Source of the DNA: Chiloscyllium plagiosum
Lineage: Eukaryota
Reading direction: 5' to 3'
Assembly: GCF_004010195.1 (NCBI RefSeq)
Contig: NC_057719.1
Coordinates: 60,027,410 to 60,091,409 of the forward strand
DNA: 64,000 bases
Positions 1 through 11,092 of the stretch are shown piece by piece (positions within the stretch are counted from its first letter, which is position 1; every line of letters begins with the position of its first letter). The notes beneath the pieces are model-generated. The model searched no databases. It was given only the letters and a program-made list of their open reading frames with translations, and was not told the DNA's origin. The translations under genes were made by a program, and so were the position numbers.

Positions 1-510
1 AGAAAAGAAAACCATTAAGATTCGTTCAGCAATTGGAAATGAAGGCTGACACAGACTTACATAAAATGAACAGCTGAAGAACAATTGACACCGAAAAAAT
101 ACAGGCCACATTGGAAGACCAATTCAGTCAGATTAAAGTGCTGTAATTATCGACTAAAATTCATACCATTTAGGCCAAAGCTTACAGAATCCATGGGCCA
201 CATCGTGAGCAGATACAGAGGAAAGGGCTCAGAATGTGATTTTTCAGGTGAGGTGTTCAGCCTTCAGAAAACTGGTGGCTATTTACTTTTGGTGAAGTTT
301 GACATAGAGACGCAGTACCAATATAGTACTCAAACATTTCTAAAAACATTTACTCAAAGACATAGAAAACCATGACAAAGCCAATAAATTTTGAACTTTT
401 TAGATCATCAAATCCACATCCAGTATTAATAGTGCTGGAATGTAAGTATGTAAGTACAATCAATCCATCTGATCATTGCTGAGGTTCGACATTGTAGACA
501 CCGCTAGACT
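1..510 (+). mobile_element. Decayed LTR-retrotransposon gag-like remnant (probably gypsy)
   Basis: Fragmented peptide ATLEDQF...FRPKLTESMGHIVSRYRGKGSECDFS resembles the gag F..R.Q..ES...FV.R.R.....CDF motif; it contains stops and frameshifts. Confidence 0.4.
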
Positions 511-999
511 AGCAATTGCAGGGTTTACCAGCACGCTGTGACCTTGCAGTAGTCACAATACGTCAAATCAATCAAACATCAAAGATAAAACAGAAACTGC
601 AGTGTACTCTTCAGGAAACACTTGCAGAGCAGAACATGAAAGAAGAATGGAGCACATCACTTTCTTCTGCATTTGAGCTAAACTCTCCACTCTCTGCTGT
701 AGAACGGAAAGCGAAACTTCAAGGGCAATGGGCTGGACAGCAAGCTCAGGGGAAATTCAGACTTGAGAATACAATCTCTGAGATGCTGAAATCTTTAGGG
801 GATACCTATGTTCTGCTCACAAAGATGAATAAAGAGTTGAAAGATAAAGAAAGGAAAGAGGATGAACTACATGCCCTTCATCATTAATCCAGTGAAAAGA
901 TGGCTGGTTTACAGCAAGATTTAAAGAAACTCAAAAAGCAACTTAAAACATATAAAAAAACCAAAGAACAGCTGGTTCTTGAAATCAGTGAAGTATACT

Positions 1000-1578
1000 C
1001 GTCACCATCCAAGGCCCCAGGCACACCTTCCAGGTGAAGCAGCAATTTACCTGCACTTTACTCAATGTAGTCTACCATATTCACTGCTCACAATGTGTTC
1101 TCCTCGACATTAGGGAGATGAAATGCAGACTGAGCGACTGCTTTGCAAAATGCTTACATTCTGTCCACAAAAATAACCCCAAGCTTTCTGTTATCTGCCA
1201 CTGCAACACACCACGATATTCCTTGGCCAACATCTCTGTCTCAGGCTTGGTACAGTGCCCCAGTGAAGCTGATTGCAAGCTGGAAGAACAATACCTAATT
1301 TTCCTCTTGAAGAATGTTCAGCCTTCAGGACTCAATATTGAGTTCAATAATTTTAGAGCCTGAGCACTTTTTCCAATATCCTTACCCAAGCCCTACACAC
1401 CAGGCCTTGTCATCATATAGGTTGTTAACACAAACAATCCATTTTTGGTGAAAATTGTGCCCATGGAATTCAAATTGTTTTTGAGAAAGGGTTACTGGAT
1501 CTGAAACATTAACTCTGCTTTCTGTCCCCAGGTGCTGTCAGACCTGCTGAGTTTCTCCAACAATTTCTGTTTTTATTG
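1000..1578 (+). mobile_element. Penelope-like element 3' fragment (GIY-YIG endonuclease remnant + terminal repeat)
   Basis: ORF 1034-1363 FTCTLLNVVYHIHCSQC...KLEEQYLIFLL..VQPSGLNIEFNNF is the Penelope GIY-YIG C-terminus, followed by the gacctgctgagtttctcc terminal-repeat motif. Confidence 0.8.
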
Positions 1579-1744
1579 GAGGCCACAAGGTAAACAGTGA
1601 ACAACACCAGAGGGAGCATTGGTTTGGACACAGACATCCAGGGAAAAGACTGGTGAATGTGGATGCTAGCACATGTGAGAGAGATCTGATAACATTCCAG
1701 GAAATCATCACTAAACCTTTTCAAAAAAAAACCTAAGAGAACTG

Positions 1745-1892
1745 CGGATTCTGTAAATGAAAAACAAAAACAAAAATTGCTGGAAAAACTCAGCAAATCT
1801 GGCAGGGTCACTGGACCCAAAATGTTAATTCTGATTTCTCTTCACGGATGCTGCCAGACCTACTGGACTTTTCCAGCAACTTCTGTTTTTGT
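1745..1892. repeat. Short inverted (fold-back) Penelope terminal-repeat fragment
   Basis: aaaattgctggaaaaactcagcaaatctggcag ... ctgccagacctactggacttttccagcaacttctgtttt are inverted arms. Confidence 0.65.
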
Positions 1893-2091
1893 ACCAAAAT
1901 TTTTCTGACTGTTCATCAAGATGTGTAGCCATTTAGATTTTGAAAATCCCTACCCATGAGTCTCAATATTATAATGGCTTTCTATAATTGTATGGGCTTC
2001 CAGGGTGTTATGGATGCCATTTGCAATTTTCCCTCAATTCCATGGGTTTCCATCATGAGCTAACAGTCTCTTGTGTGGCTATTTATCTGAA

Positions 2092-2235
2092 GTTCAGACC
2101 TGAAGAAGGGTCACAGGCCTCGAAACATTAACTTTGCTTTCTCTGCATAGATCCTGCCAGACCTATAGAGTTTCTCCAGTAATTTCGGTTTTTGTTTTAG
2201 ATCTTCAGCATCCACAGTTCTTTCTTTTATTTTAG
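2092..2235 (+). repeat. Penelope terminal-repeat fragment with hammerhead-like core
   Basis: CTGAAGA-agggtcacaggcctc-GAAA-cattaact at 2100-2133, then the family 3' motif. Confidence 0.65.
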
Positions 2236-2561
2236 AACTTTCCAATATCTTCTCTTCTAGCTCCCAAGAAGGTAAGATCCATTATTATGGTAGTAAATGC
2301 ACTGGATAAAGAGGTCAGACATATATATGAGACATGCTCATCTATAGTTCACAACTATTTCACTAATCTTTAGACAGTCCCTGTAATTGGTCAGTTGTGT
2401 ACAACATGAACTTCACCCACCACAAGATGATCCTTCTTCCATATCAATAGACCTTACATTTAGAAATGCTTAATTTGATATATCATCTTAATAATATGAT
2501 GTGTGTGACATCTGAGACATGTGACTTCTACCCTCCTCTTCCCACTCTCATGCTTGCCTCA

Positions 2562-2935
2562 TAGAGATTTTTGAAGAGGTGACAAAGGTGGTAGACAGAG
2601 GCACGTCAATGGATATTGTTTATGGGGACTTCCAGACGGCTTCTGATAAAATCCCGCACAAGAGACTGTTGTAATTTTACGCTGTCATCAACATTGCCAA
2701 CAATGCCACCCAATTTTGTGTCATCAGCAAATTTGGATATTGGACTTTCAATGCCATTATCCAAGTTGTTAATGAATATTGGGAATAATTGAGGCTCCAA
2801 CACAGATCCATTCGGGACACCACTAGTCACATTCTGCCAATTTGAGTACTTATCCATGTTTTCTGACACTCAGTCAATTTCCTATCCATGTCAGTAATTT
2901 TCCCTCAATTCTGTGGGTTTCCACATTACCTAACG
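2562..2935. mobile_element. CR1 LINE RT fragment with internal inversion
   Basis: 2562-2668 reads on + (FEEVTKVVDRG..MDIVY.DFQ.A.DKIPHKRL); 2669-2935 reads on - (VTSGVP.GSVL.PQLF.IFINNLD...SKFADDTKLGG). Confidence 0.75.
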
Positions 2936-3979
2936 GTCTAATTCGACTGTGTGGGATGGCCCTGCAGGACCTATCGCTGCCTCCTGCACACATTGCAGTT
3001 GGTGATATTCCCTGACTATGGTCGGTCCATGTATACAACTGGCAGTGACCAAACCTCTGGGCTGTATCTGCACTGTGATTGTGACTGATAAATACTCACT
3101 TCCCCCACCTACCTTGACTGGACTGAGAACTAGCACTCTCTGATAATTTGGATGAATAAATATGCAGTGTGCTGCTCTGCAGGTAGCTAGAATGTGTTGC
3201 AGGTGTTAGATTATGTTCTCCATTGGTCATACAGCAAGATGCTATCCCCTATCTCAAATAGATCCCAACTGATAAGCATTACAAGCAACCTGTCTGTGTG
3301 ACTACACAAGAACGCCCATCAATACAGCAATACTGTGCCTTTAGACAGGGTTGCTACACTAACAAGCAAGGCAAGACGCAAATGTTACGAGCATGCAGGT
3401 AAGTGCTGGCTGAGCAAGTGCAAAGAGAACACACAGGTCAGTTCTGAGATGTCATCTGGTTCAGTCTGGGACCAGGCGCCTGTGCCCTTGCAGCAGCCTT
3501 TCAATGTTAGTTGTTGGACTGCCCTGAAATGCAGGTTTGTATTTTTGAAGTGTCCTGCAACTCGATTAGAGAGGTCCATAAGAATCCTTGGCAGATGTCA
3601 AATGTCACTGACATGGGCGCATGCAGCTAGTACGGATGGATCATGCCCTGAGAGGCTACTCTGTGGTTACCAACATGGAAACTCTTTAGTCAGTGGTAAG
3701 CTGAAGTTGATAGGTACCTGCTCTGATTTCCATGTCAAAAATTCTAAACATTGAGTTTGCTCATGGTGGGTGGTCGGATAGAAAACTGCATAGTTTTGAG
3801 ATGATGTGTGCAGTTAGTAAGGTCATTCACAAGCAATAACCTACTTTAATAGACAACTCATTTCTCTCAAGCAAAAATGTTGCTTTCATGTCCAGACCTT
3901 AGTTACAAGAGTTAGCAGGTTGTTCCCAATGTCAAGATAGTCCTCACTGAGCTTCTCATGCAATTCTCTAATATTTTGC

Positions 3980-4647
3980 TGATATGAAGATGTGGGTGTA
4001 CTGTATCTTTAAGAGAGCTAAAAGCTAGCAGTGACAACACCAAGTGTTCTCAATAAAGCACAATGTAAGCATGTGCTCCACCTACTGGGGGTAGCTAGGG
4101 TAGTTAGTTGATTGGATACAAAAACAGATTTGAATTAAGCCAATGAATTTAAATATAGCCCAAAACAAATACCAAACTCCAATCCAATTTGAATTTAGTA
4201 TATTGCCAATCTTAAAAGCCGATGACACAATCTAATGTTTTGCGGGTATAAGACCGGGTAAGATTGAACAGTTGAGAGGAGAACTGCCAAGCCAATGACA
4301 TCTGCAAACTGCCCAGAAAATGGCTCTCTTGAAGGTAACTTTATCAATCAGTAACCTGTGAAGCAGAATCCCCAAGAAGAAAAGAAGACAGGAATTCAGA
4401 GAAGAATCGAAAGCTGCCTGGTTTGAAGATAAGGCATTTTGGTTTGTAAATCTTAATCAGGAGTTTTATCGGAGTTGTAAATAGTTGTTAGTTAATTATT
4501 CTCTGTTGTAGTTTAAGAAATAAAGTTGTTAATTTTTATTTTAAATAGCTTTTGGCCTATCAAATTTTCACAGATTATTGCATGGGATAAATCTTTTCTG
4601 TGTAACTGGTTGAAATTAAGCAGGAGAGTTTACCAGGTGTTGTAACA
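3980..4647 (+). repeat. 5' LTR of Gmr1-like element
   Basis: Starts tgatatgaagatgtggg, ends ...gtaaca; alignable with 10407-11092 over its length; AATAAA near 4518. Confidence 0.88.
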
Positions 4648-4650
4648 GTT

Positions 4651-4670
4651 TGGGGGCTCATCATCGAGAT
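4651..4670 (+). promoter_or_regulatory. Primer-binding site, tRNA-Pro type (degenerate)
   Basis: tgggggctcatcatcgagat lies 3 nt after the LTR; compare the canonical tRNA-Pro PBS TGGGGGCTCGTCCGGGAT. Confidence 0.75.
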
Positions 4671-4814
4671 TTGTACTGTTTAGACAGATTTGAGTAGATT
4701 TGGAGATATGACAAATCCCAGTAGATTAATGTCGTGGCTCTTTAAATAAAACATATGCGAGACAACTTGTTTAATTTTGGTGACTTGTGGTTGATTAAAT
4801 TAAAGGTGCGTGAA

Positions 4815-6020
4815 ATGGCTCTTAAAATTGCTAATGAGGTTCTGGGATTTGAAGGTGATTCTCAAATTTTCCTAGAAAGTTGAGATGGAAAGAAAAAGGC
4901 CATACTTTAGAATTAGTAATTAAGTTAGATTTGGGTTTAACCAAAGACAAAAGTAAAGCTGAAATTGTCAGTGAATTACTCACTTAGGTGTGTCAGAGAA
5001 ACAGATAGTACAGTAGGGGTAGAAAAACTTAAATTACAATTGAGGAAAATGGAGTTAGAATATAAACAAAGGGAGAAAGAGGAAAGACAGAGGGAGAGGG
5101 AAAGGGAAAGAGAGAGAAAAGAGAACGAGAGGAAAAAGAGAGAGAATTTGAACTTGAGAAGTTATGACTTAGTCAGCAAAATCAAGTTAACAGGATGAAG
5201 ATTAAGAGAGAAGGTAGTGATGTATACAAATATGTCAAAACTCTGCCACATTTTGATGAGAAAGATGTTGAAGTCTTCTTTATTTCATTTGAAAAATTGG
5301 TGAGGTAGTTGGAGTGGTCTGAGGATTTATGGGTAATACTAATTCAGACAAAACTGGTAGGCAGAGCGAATGAGGTATTTGCCGCGTTGTCAGATGAGAT
5401 GTCAAGAGATTATGAAGAGGTTAAACAGACTTTTTTAAGTGCTTATAAATTGGTACCAGAAGCATAGAGACAGTGGTTCAGAAACACAAAGAAGGAACTA
5501 GGTCAGACTTGCATTGAGTTCGAAAAAATTAAACATAGTCATTTTGATCGATGGGTATGTGCTTTGAAAATAGATAAGACCTTTGGGCTCTAAGAGAGAT
5601 TATTCTGCTGGATGAGTTTAAAAATGCACTCCCAAAGATGGCAAGAATTCACATGCAGGAACAGAAAGGGCAGCAGAATTAGCAGATGAGTACATGTTGG
5701 TGCATAGGATAACCTTCCAGCCAGAATTTTTTTTGTCCTGTGAGGGATAGGAGTTGGGAGAAGGGGAGATCCTACACTGCGAAACCAAGAGTAGAGAACA
5801 CTGGTAAGATTTTACCACAGGATAAAAAATAAGCCCAAGAGGTTGGAAAGGAGGTGAAAGGCCTCAGGTGTTTCAACTGTGGGAAAATGGGACACAAAGT
5901 CACAGTGCTGGTCATTAAAGAAAGGCACTGTGGGAAACGATGTGGTAAAAGAAGCTAAGCCAGTTGCATTAGTGAATGTAATTGAGGAGACCCGAAGAAG
6001 AGCTGAGGAGCTGCAGGAGA
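4815..6020 (+). pseudogene. gag pseudogene (coiled coil, SCAN-related capsid, CCHC zinc knuckle)
   Basis: LPHFDEKDVEVFFISFEK...DYEEVKQTFLSAYKLVPEA*RQWFR...LREIILLDEF; CFNCGKMGH/KSQCW at 5869-5911; stops and frameshifts. Confidence 0.8.
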
Positions 6021-6024
6021 GTCA

Positions 6025-6508
6025 GCTAAACAGCACCCAAAGAGGGCACAGTGTGGAATGAAGCAGGTGGCAGATAAAAGCACTGAGACTCGGACATTTT
6101 CCTGAGGGGGTGACGTGTTAGTACTGTTACCAATGATGGTAGATCCCTTCAAAGCCAGGTTTAGTGATCCCTATCAAATTGAGAAAAAGTTGAGTCAGGC
6201 AAACTATTTAGTAAAGATGCCAGATAGAAAGAAAAGGTATCGGGTATGTCATGTGAACATGTGGAAACCGTATTATACTGGAGGGAAAGAACTGGAGAAA
6301 CAGGTGTTAGTCACTGCTCCGCAGGGTGAGGAATCAAATCCAGATGATGTGGATTTTGATGCACCTCAAAATCGACTAAAATTGAAGAAGTCCTTGTGGA
6401 GTGGGATAGGTTAGTAAGCTATCTGTCTCAGGAGCATAGAACGCAGTTGAAAGATTTGTTATTGCAGTATAACAACATATGTAAGAATCAGATAGGGAGG
6501 ACTGATGT
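6025..6508 (+). pseudogene. Integrase C-terminal remnant and linker (protease and IN core deleted)
   Basis: VLVLLP...FKARFSDPYQIEKKLSQANYLVKMPDRKKRYRVCHVNMWKPY is the GPY/F-type integrase tail. Confidence 0.8.
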
Positions 6509-8477
6509 TAAGACCTTAAGACCATAAGACATAGGAGCGGAAGTAAGACCATTCGGCCCATCGAGTCCACTCCGCCATTCAATCATGGCTGATGGGCATT
6601 TCAACTCCACTTACCCGCATTCTCCCCGTAGCCCTTAATTCCTTGTGACATCAAGAATTTATCAATTTCTGCCTTGAAGACATTTAGCTTCCCAGCCTCC
6701 ACTGCACTCTGTGGCAATGAATTCCACAGGCCCACCACTCTCTGGCTGAAGAAATGTCTCCGCATTTCTGTTCTGAATTTACCTCCTCTAATTCTAAGGC
6801 TGTGTCCACGGGTCCTATTATCCTCGCCTAACGGAAACAATTTCCTAGTGTCCACCCTCTCCAAGCCATGTATTATCTTGTAAGTTTCTATTAGATCTCC
6901 CCTTAATCTTCTAAATTCCAATGAATACAATCCCAGGATCCTCAGCCGTTCCTCATATGTTAGACCTACCATTCCAGGGATCATCCGTGTGAATCTCCGC
7001 TGGACACGCTCCAGTGCCAGTATGTCATTCCTGAGGTGTGGGGACCAAAACTGGACACCGTACTCCAAATGGGGCCTAACCAGAGCTTTATAAAGTCTCA
7101 GTAGCACAACAGTGCTTTTATATTCCAACCCTCTTGAGATAATTGACAACTTTGCAATCGCTTTCTTTAATCACGGACTCAACCTGCATGTTTACCTTTA
7201 GAGAATCCTCAACTAGCAGTCCCAAATCCCTCTGTACATTGGCTTTACGAATTTTCTCACCGTTTAGAAAGTAATCCATGCTTGTATTTTTTTTTCCAAA
7301 GTGCAAGACCTCGCATTTGCTCACATTGAATTCAATCAGCCATTTCCTGGACCACTCTTCCAAACTGTCTAGATCCTTCTACAGCCTCCCTACTTACTCA
7401 GTACTACCTGCCTGTCCACCAAACTTTGTATCATCAGCAAACTTCGCTAGAATGCCCCCAGTCCCTTCATCCAGATCATTAATATATAATGTAAACAGCT
7501 GCGGCCCCAACACTGAACCCTGCGGGACACCGTTTGTCACCGGCTGCCATTCCGAAAAAGAACCTTTTATCCCAACTCTCTGCCTTCTGTCAGACAGCCA
7601 ATCCTCAATCCATACCAGTAGCTCACCTCGAACATCATGGGCCCTCACCTTGCTCAGCAGCCTCCCGTGTGGCACCTTATCAAAGGCCTTTTGGAAGCCG
7701 AGGTAGATAACATCCACTGGGTTTCCCTGGTCTAACCTACTTGATACCTCTTCAAAGAACTCCCAACAGGTTTGTCAGGCACAACCTCCCCTTACTAAAT
7801 CCATGTTGACTTGTTCTAATCCGACCCTGCTCTTCCAAGAATTTAGAAACCTCATCCTTAATGATGGATTCTAGAATTTTACCAACAACCGAGGTTAGGC
7901 TAATTGGCCTATAATTTTCCATCTTTTGCCTTGATCCTTTCTTGAACAAGGGGGTTACAACAGCGATCTTCCAATCATCCGGGACTTTCCCTGATTCCAG
8001 TGACTTTTGAAAGATCTCAACCAACGCCTCCACTATTTCCTCAGCCACCTCCCTCAGAACTCTAGGATGTAGCCCATCGGGGCCAGGAGATTTATCAATT
8101 TTAATACCTTATAGCTTTTCTAGAACTTTCTCTTTTGTAATGGCAACTATACTCAACTCAGCCCCCTGACTCCCTTTAATTGTTGGGATATTACTCATGT
8201 CTTCCACTGTGAAGATTGATGCAATGTACTTATTACGTTCTCCAGCTATTTCCTTATCTCCCATCACTAGGCTTCCAGCATCAGTTTGAAGTGGCCCAAT
8301 GTCTACTCTTGCCTGTCGTTTGTTTCTTATGTATTGAAAGAAACTTTTACTATCATTTCTAATATTACTGGCTAGCCTACCTTCATATTTGATCCTCTCC
8401 TTCCTCATTTCTCTCTTTGTTATCCTCTATTTGTTTTTGTAACCTTCCCAATCTTCTGATTTCCCAGTGCTCTTGGC
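6509..8477 (-). mobile_element. CR1 LINE, 5'-truncated, nested in gypsy pol
   Basis: Minus-strand ORF2 pieces ([54 protein letters not shown]), 3' tail of tcttatgg-like repeats at 6509-6532; interrupts GRTDV/HEVDVG of the host pol. Confidence 0.92.
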
Positions 8478-9843
8478 CATGAAGTAGATGTAGGGAATAC
8501 TGCTCCGATAAAACAAACTCCTATTGGCTTAATTCTCTCAATGCCAGATAGGTCCAGATGGAGGTGGAGGCCATGCTCGAGGAGGACATCATCAAACCAA
8601 GCCAGAGTGAGTAGAGATCGCCGATCATCTTAGTTCCCAAACCGGATGAGACTCAATGATTCTGCATGGATTATCGGAAGGTCAAAGCCGTTATGAAATC
8701 TGACTCATATCCAATTCCTACATTGGAGGACCATATTAAGAAAGCCGGACAAGCCAGTTCCATCATCAAGTTGGACTTAATGCATAGTTACTGGCAGGTA
8801 CCTTCATCAGAGATGATGAAATAAATTATTGCATTTCTAACCCCAAATGGGCTATATCAGTTTAAAGTGATGCCCTTTGAAATGAAGAACGTACCTGCCA
8901 CATTCCAAAGACTTAGGAACAGAGTTGTGGCTGGGTTAACAGACTGCACGGTCTATTTGGACGATGTAGTGATCTTTAGTAAGTCCTGGAAAGATCACAT
9001 GGTACAGTTGGCAGACCTCTTTGAATGACTACAAGAAGCAAACCTATTTACAAACTTAAATAAAATGGAATTCGTGAAAGCAGAGGTGACGTTCTTGGGA
9101 CATAAGATCGGTCAAGAAAGGTTGACCCCATGGAACGTAAAGACGAAGGCCATCAAGGAATTTCCATGACCAACCTCGAAGAAAAAAGTGCCTCAATTCT
9201 AAGGACACAGTGGATACTGTCAGAAGTTATTTCCAAACTTCAGCAGTGTAGTGGCACCGCTGACCGATTTGCTGAAGAAGAAGTTTCAGTGGACAGAACA
9301 ATGCCAGGAGTCGAGAGTGTGGTGCTGGAAAAGCACAGCAGGTCAGGCAGCATCCAAGGAGCAAGAAAATTGATGCTTCGGGCAAAAGCCCTTCATCAAG
9401 AGGCAGTTGACCATTTGAAAGCCACATTAACTACCAAACCAGTTTTAGCTACACTCAACCTTTCAAAACCTTTTAAAGTCACCATCGATGCTAGTGACAT
9501 AGGAGGTGGTGATGTACTCCTGCAGGAAGATGAGGATGGGATTGAACTGCCAGTTGGTTACTTTTCTAAGAAGATCAACATCCACCAGAGGAAATACTTC
9601 ACAATTGAAAAGGAACTATTGGGTTTGGGACTGGCCTTCCAACATTTCAATGTGTATGTCAAGAACAATGTGTCAGAGATGGTTGTGTACATGGATCACA
9701 ATCCGCTTACCTTCTTAGAACACTTTAAAGACAAGAACATGAGACTATTTCATTGGAGTCTTATGTTACGGACTTTTAAGTTAAAAATCATACATATTGT
9801 GGGTCATAAGAATGTAATCGCAAGTGCGTTATTGTGGATTTAA
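8478..9843 (+). pseudogene. Gypsy reverse transcriptase and RNase H pseudogene
   Basis: VPKPD...DYRKV..DSYPIP, LDL...YWQ, MPF..KN.PATFQ, YLDD; RNase H IDASD...YFSKK...IEKE...DHNPL; stops present. Confidence 0.9.
9311..9396 (-). repeat. Penelope terminal-repeat fragment inserted in RT
   Basis: gtggtgctggaaaagcacagcaggtcaggcagcatcc...cgggcaaaagcccttcatca, flanked by caggag/caagag. Confidence 0.75.
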
Positions 9844-9888
9844 CTGATAAAGTTTAGATGAGATTTGTATTTATTCAATGTTTAGCAT

Positions 9889-9961
9889 AGGAGAGTGATG
9901 CAGCGGGAGTGTGCTGGGCCCCTAACCCAGAGGTTGATGGATCAAAACCTGCTATCCGCTC
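9889..9961 (+). tRNA. Initiator tRNA-Met-derived sequence, probably a pseudogene (anticodon CAT reads CCT)
   Basis: aggagagtgatgcagcgggagtgtgctgggcccctaacccagaggttgatggatcaaaacc aligns with vertebrate tRNA-iMet AGCAGAGTGGCGCAGCGGAAGCGTGCTGGGCCCATAACCCAGAGGTCGATGGATCGAAACC; many differences are CpG-type transitions. Confidence 0.8.
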
Positions 9962-9970
9962 AGTGTTATG

Positions 9971-10281
9971 TGGGTGGCATAGTGGTTATCACTGCTGCCG
10001 CACAGCGCCAGAGACGCGGGTTCAATTCCCGCCTCAGGCAACTGTCTGTGTGGAGTTTGCACATTCTCCCCATGTCTGCGTGGGTTTCCTCTGGGTGCTC
10101 TGGTTTCCTCCCACAGTCCAAAAATGTGCAGGTTAGGTGAATTGGCCATGCTAGATTGCCCATAGTGCTAGGTGAAGGGGTAAATGTAAGGGAATGGGTG
10201 TGTTGCTCTTCGGAGGGTCAGTGTGGACTTGTTGGGCCGAAGGGCCTGTTTCCACACTGTAAGTAATCTAATCTAATCTAA
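9971..10281 (+). mobile_element. HE1 (V-SINE family) SINE
   Basis: tRNA-like head, V-domain gtggagtttgcacattctcccc...gggtttcctc, tail gggcctgtttccacactgta + (aatct)n. Confidence 0.9.
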
Positions 10282-10406
10282 AATATGGGAAGAAGTTAAG
10301 GTGAACTTATATTAAAGTTGCCTTATGTTAGGGTAATGTGTTTAAAAAATAGAAAACAATGAAGTCATCTTTTCATTATATGGTCCATTTTTCTTTAAGG
10401 AGGAGG

Positions 10407-11092
10407 TGTTATGGAGATTTGGGCATACTGTACCTTTAAGAAAGTTAAAGGTACAGAACACCACATTTCCATACTGGAGGTAGCTAGGGTAGCTGTTGAC
10501 TGGAGACAAAAAACGATTAGAATTGGGCTAATCAGTTTAAATATACCCCAAAACAAATACCTAACTCCAATCCAGTTTGGATTTAATCTATTGACAATCT
10601 TAAAAGCCGATGGCACAATCCGATGCTACAATCCGATGCTTTGGGTGTATAAGACCAGGGAAAATTGAACAGTTGAGAGGAGAACTGCTAAGCCAATGAT
10701 ATTTACAAATTGCCCAGAAAATAGCTCTCTTAAAGGTACCTTTATTGATCAGTAACCTATGAAGCAGAATCCCCAGGAAGAAAAGAAGACAGGAATACAG
10801 AGAAGAATCAAAAGCTGCCTAGTTTTGAGCTAAGAAGTTTTGTTTTGTAAATCTTAATCAGGGGTTTTATTGGACTAGTATTATAGAAGGGAAGGTAAAA
10901 GATAGTTTAGAGGAAGGAGTTGTAAATAGTTATTAGTTACTTATTCTCTGTTATACTTGAAGAAATAAAGTTGTTTACTTATGTTTTAAATAGCTCTTGG
11001 CCTCTCAAAATTTCACAGATTACTGCATGGAATAAATCTTTTCTGTGTTGCTGGGTTAAAATAAGCAGGAGGGTTTACCCCGTATCGTAACA
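10407..11092 (+). repeat. 3' LTR of Gmr1-like element
   Basis: Preceded by polypurine tract aaggaggagg (10397-10406); tgttatggag...gtaaca. Confidence 0.88.

Larger units (their letters stand above)
3980..11092 (+). mobile_element. Gmr1-like Ty3/gypsy LTR retrotransposon, defective, with nested insertions
   Basis: Two homologous TG...CA LTRs, 4-bp TSD TTGC (3976-3979 and 11093-11096), PBS, PPT, gag with CCHC knuckle, integrase C-terminus upstream of RT (YLDD at 8954-8965) and RNase H. Confidence 0.9.

Noticed and set aside
2940..3975. Possible decayed element left of the 5' LTR
   Set aside because: Looks repeat-derived, but I found no assignable motif.
5060..5160. Purine-rich GA repeat as a standalone satellite
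   Set aside because: It encodes the E/R/K coiled-coil segment of the gypsy gag.
9130..9843. 237-aa ORF as an intact gene
   Set aside because: A chimera of out-of-frame RT sequence, a Penelope fragment and gypsy RNase H.
9895..10163. Cluster of short ORFs on both strands (also at 16485, 53924 and 57058)
   Set aside because: Incidental frames within HE1 SINE copies.
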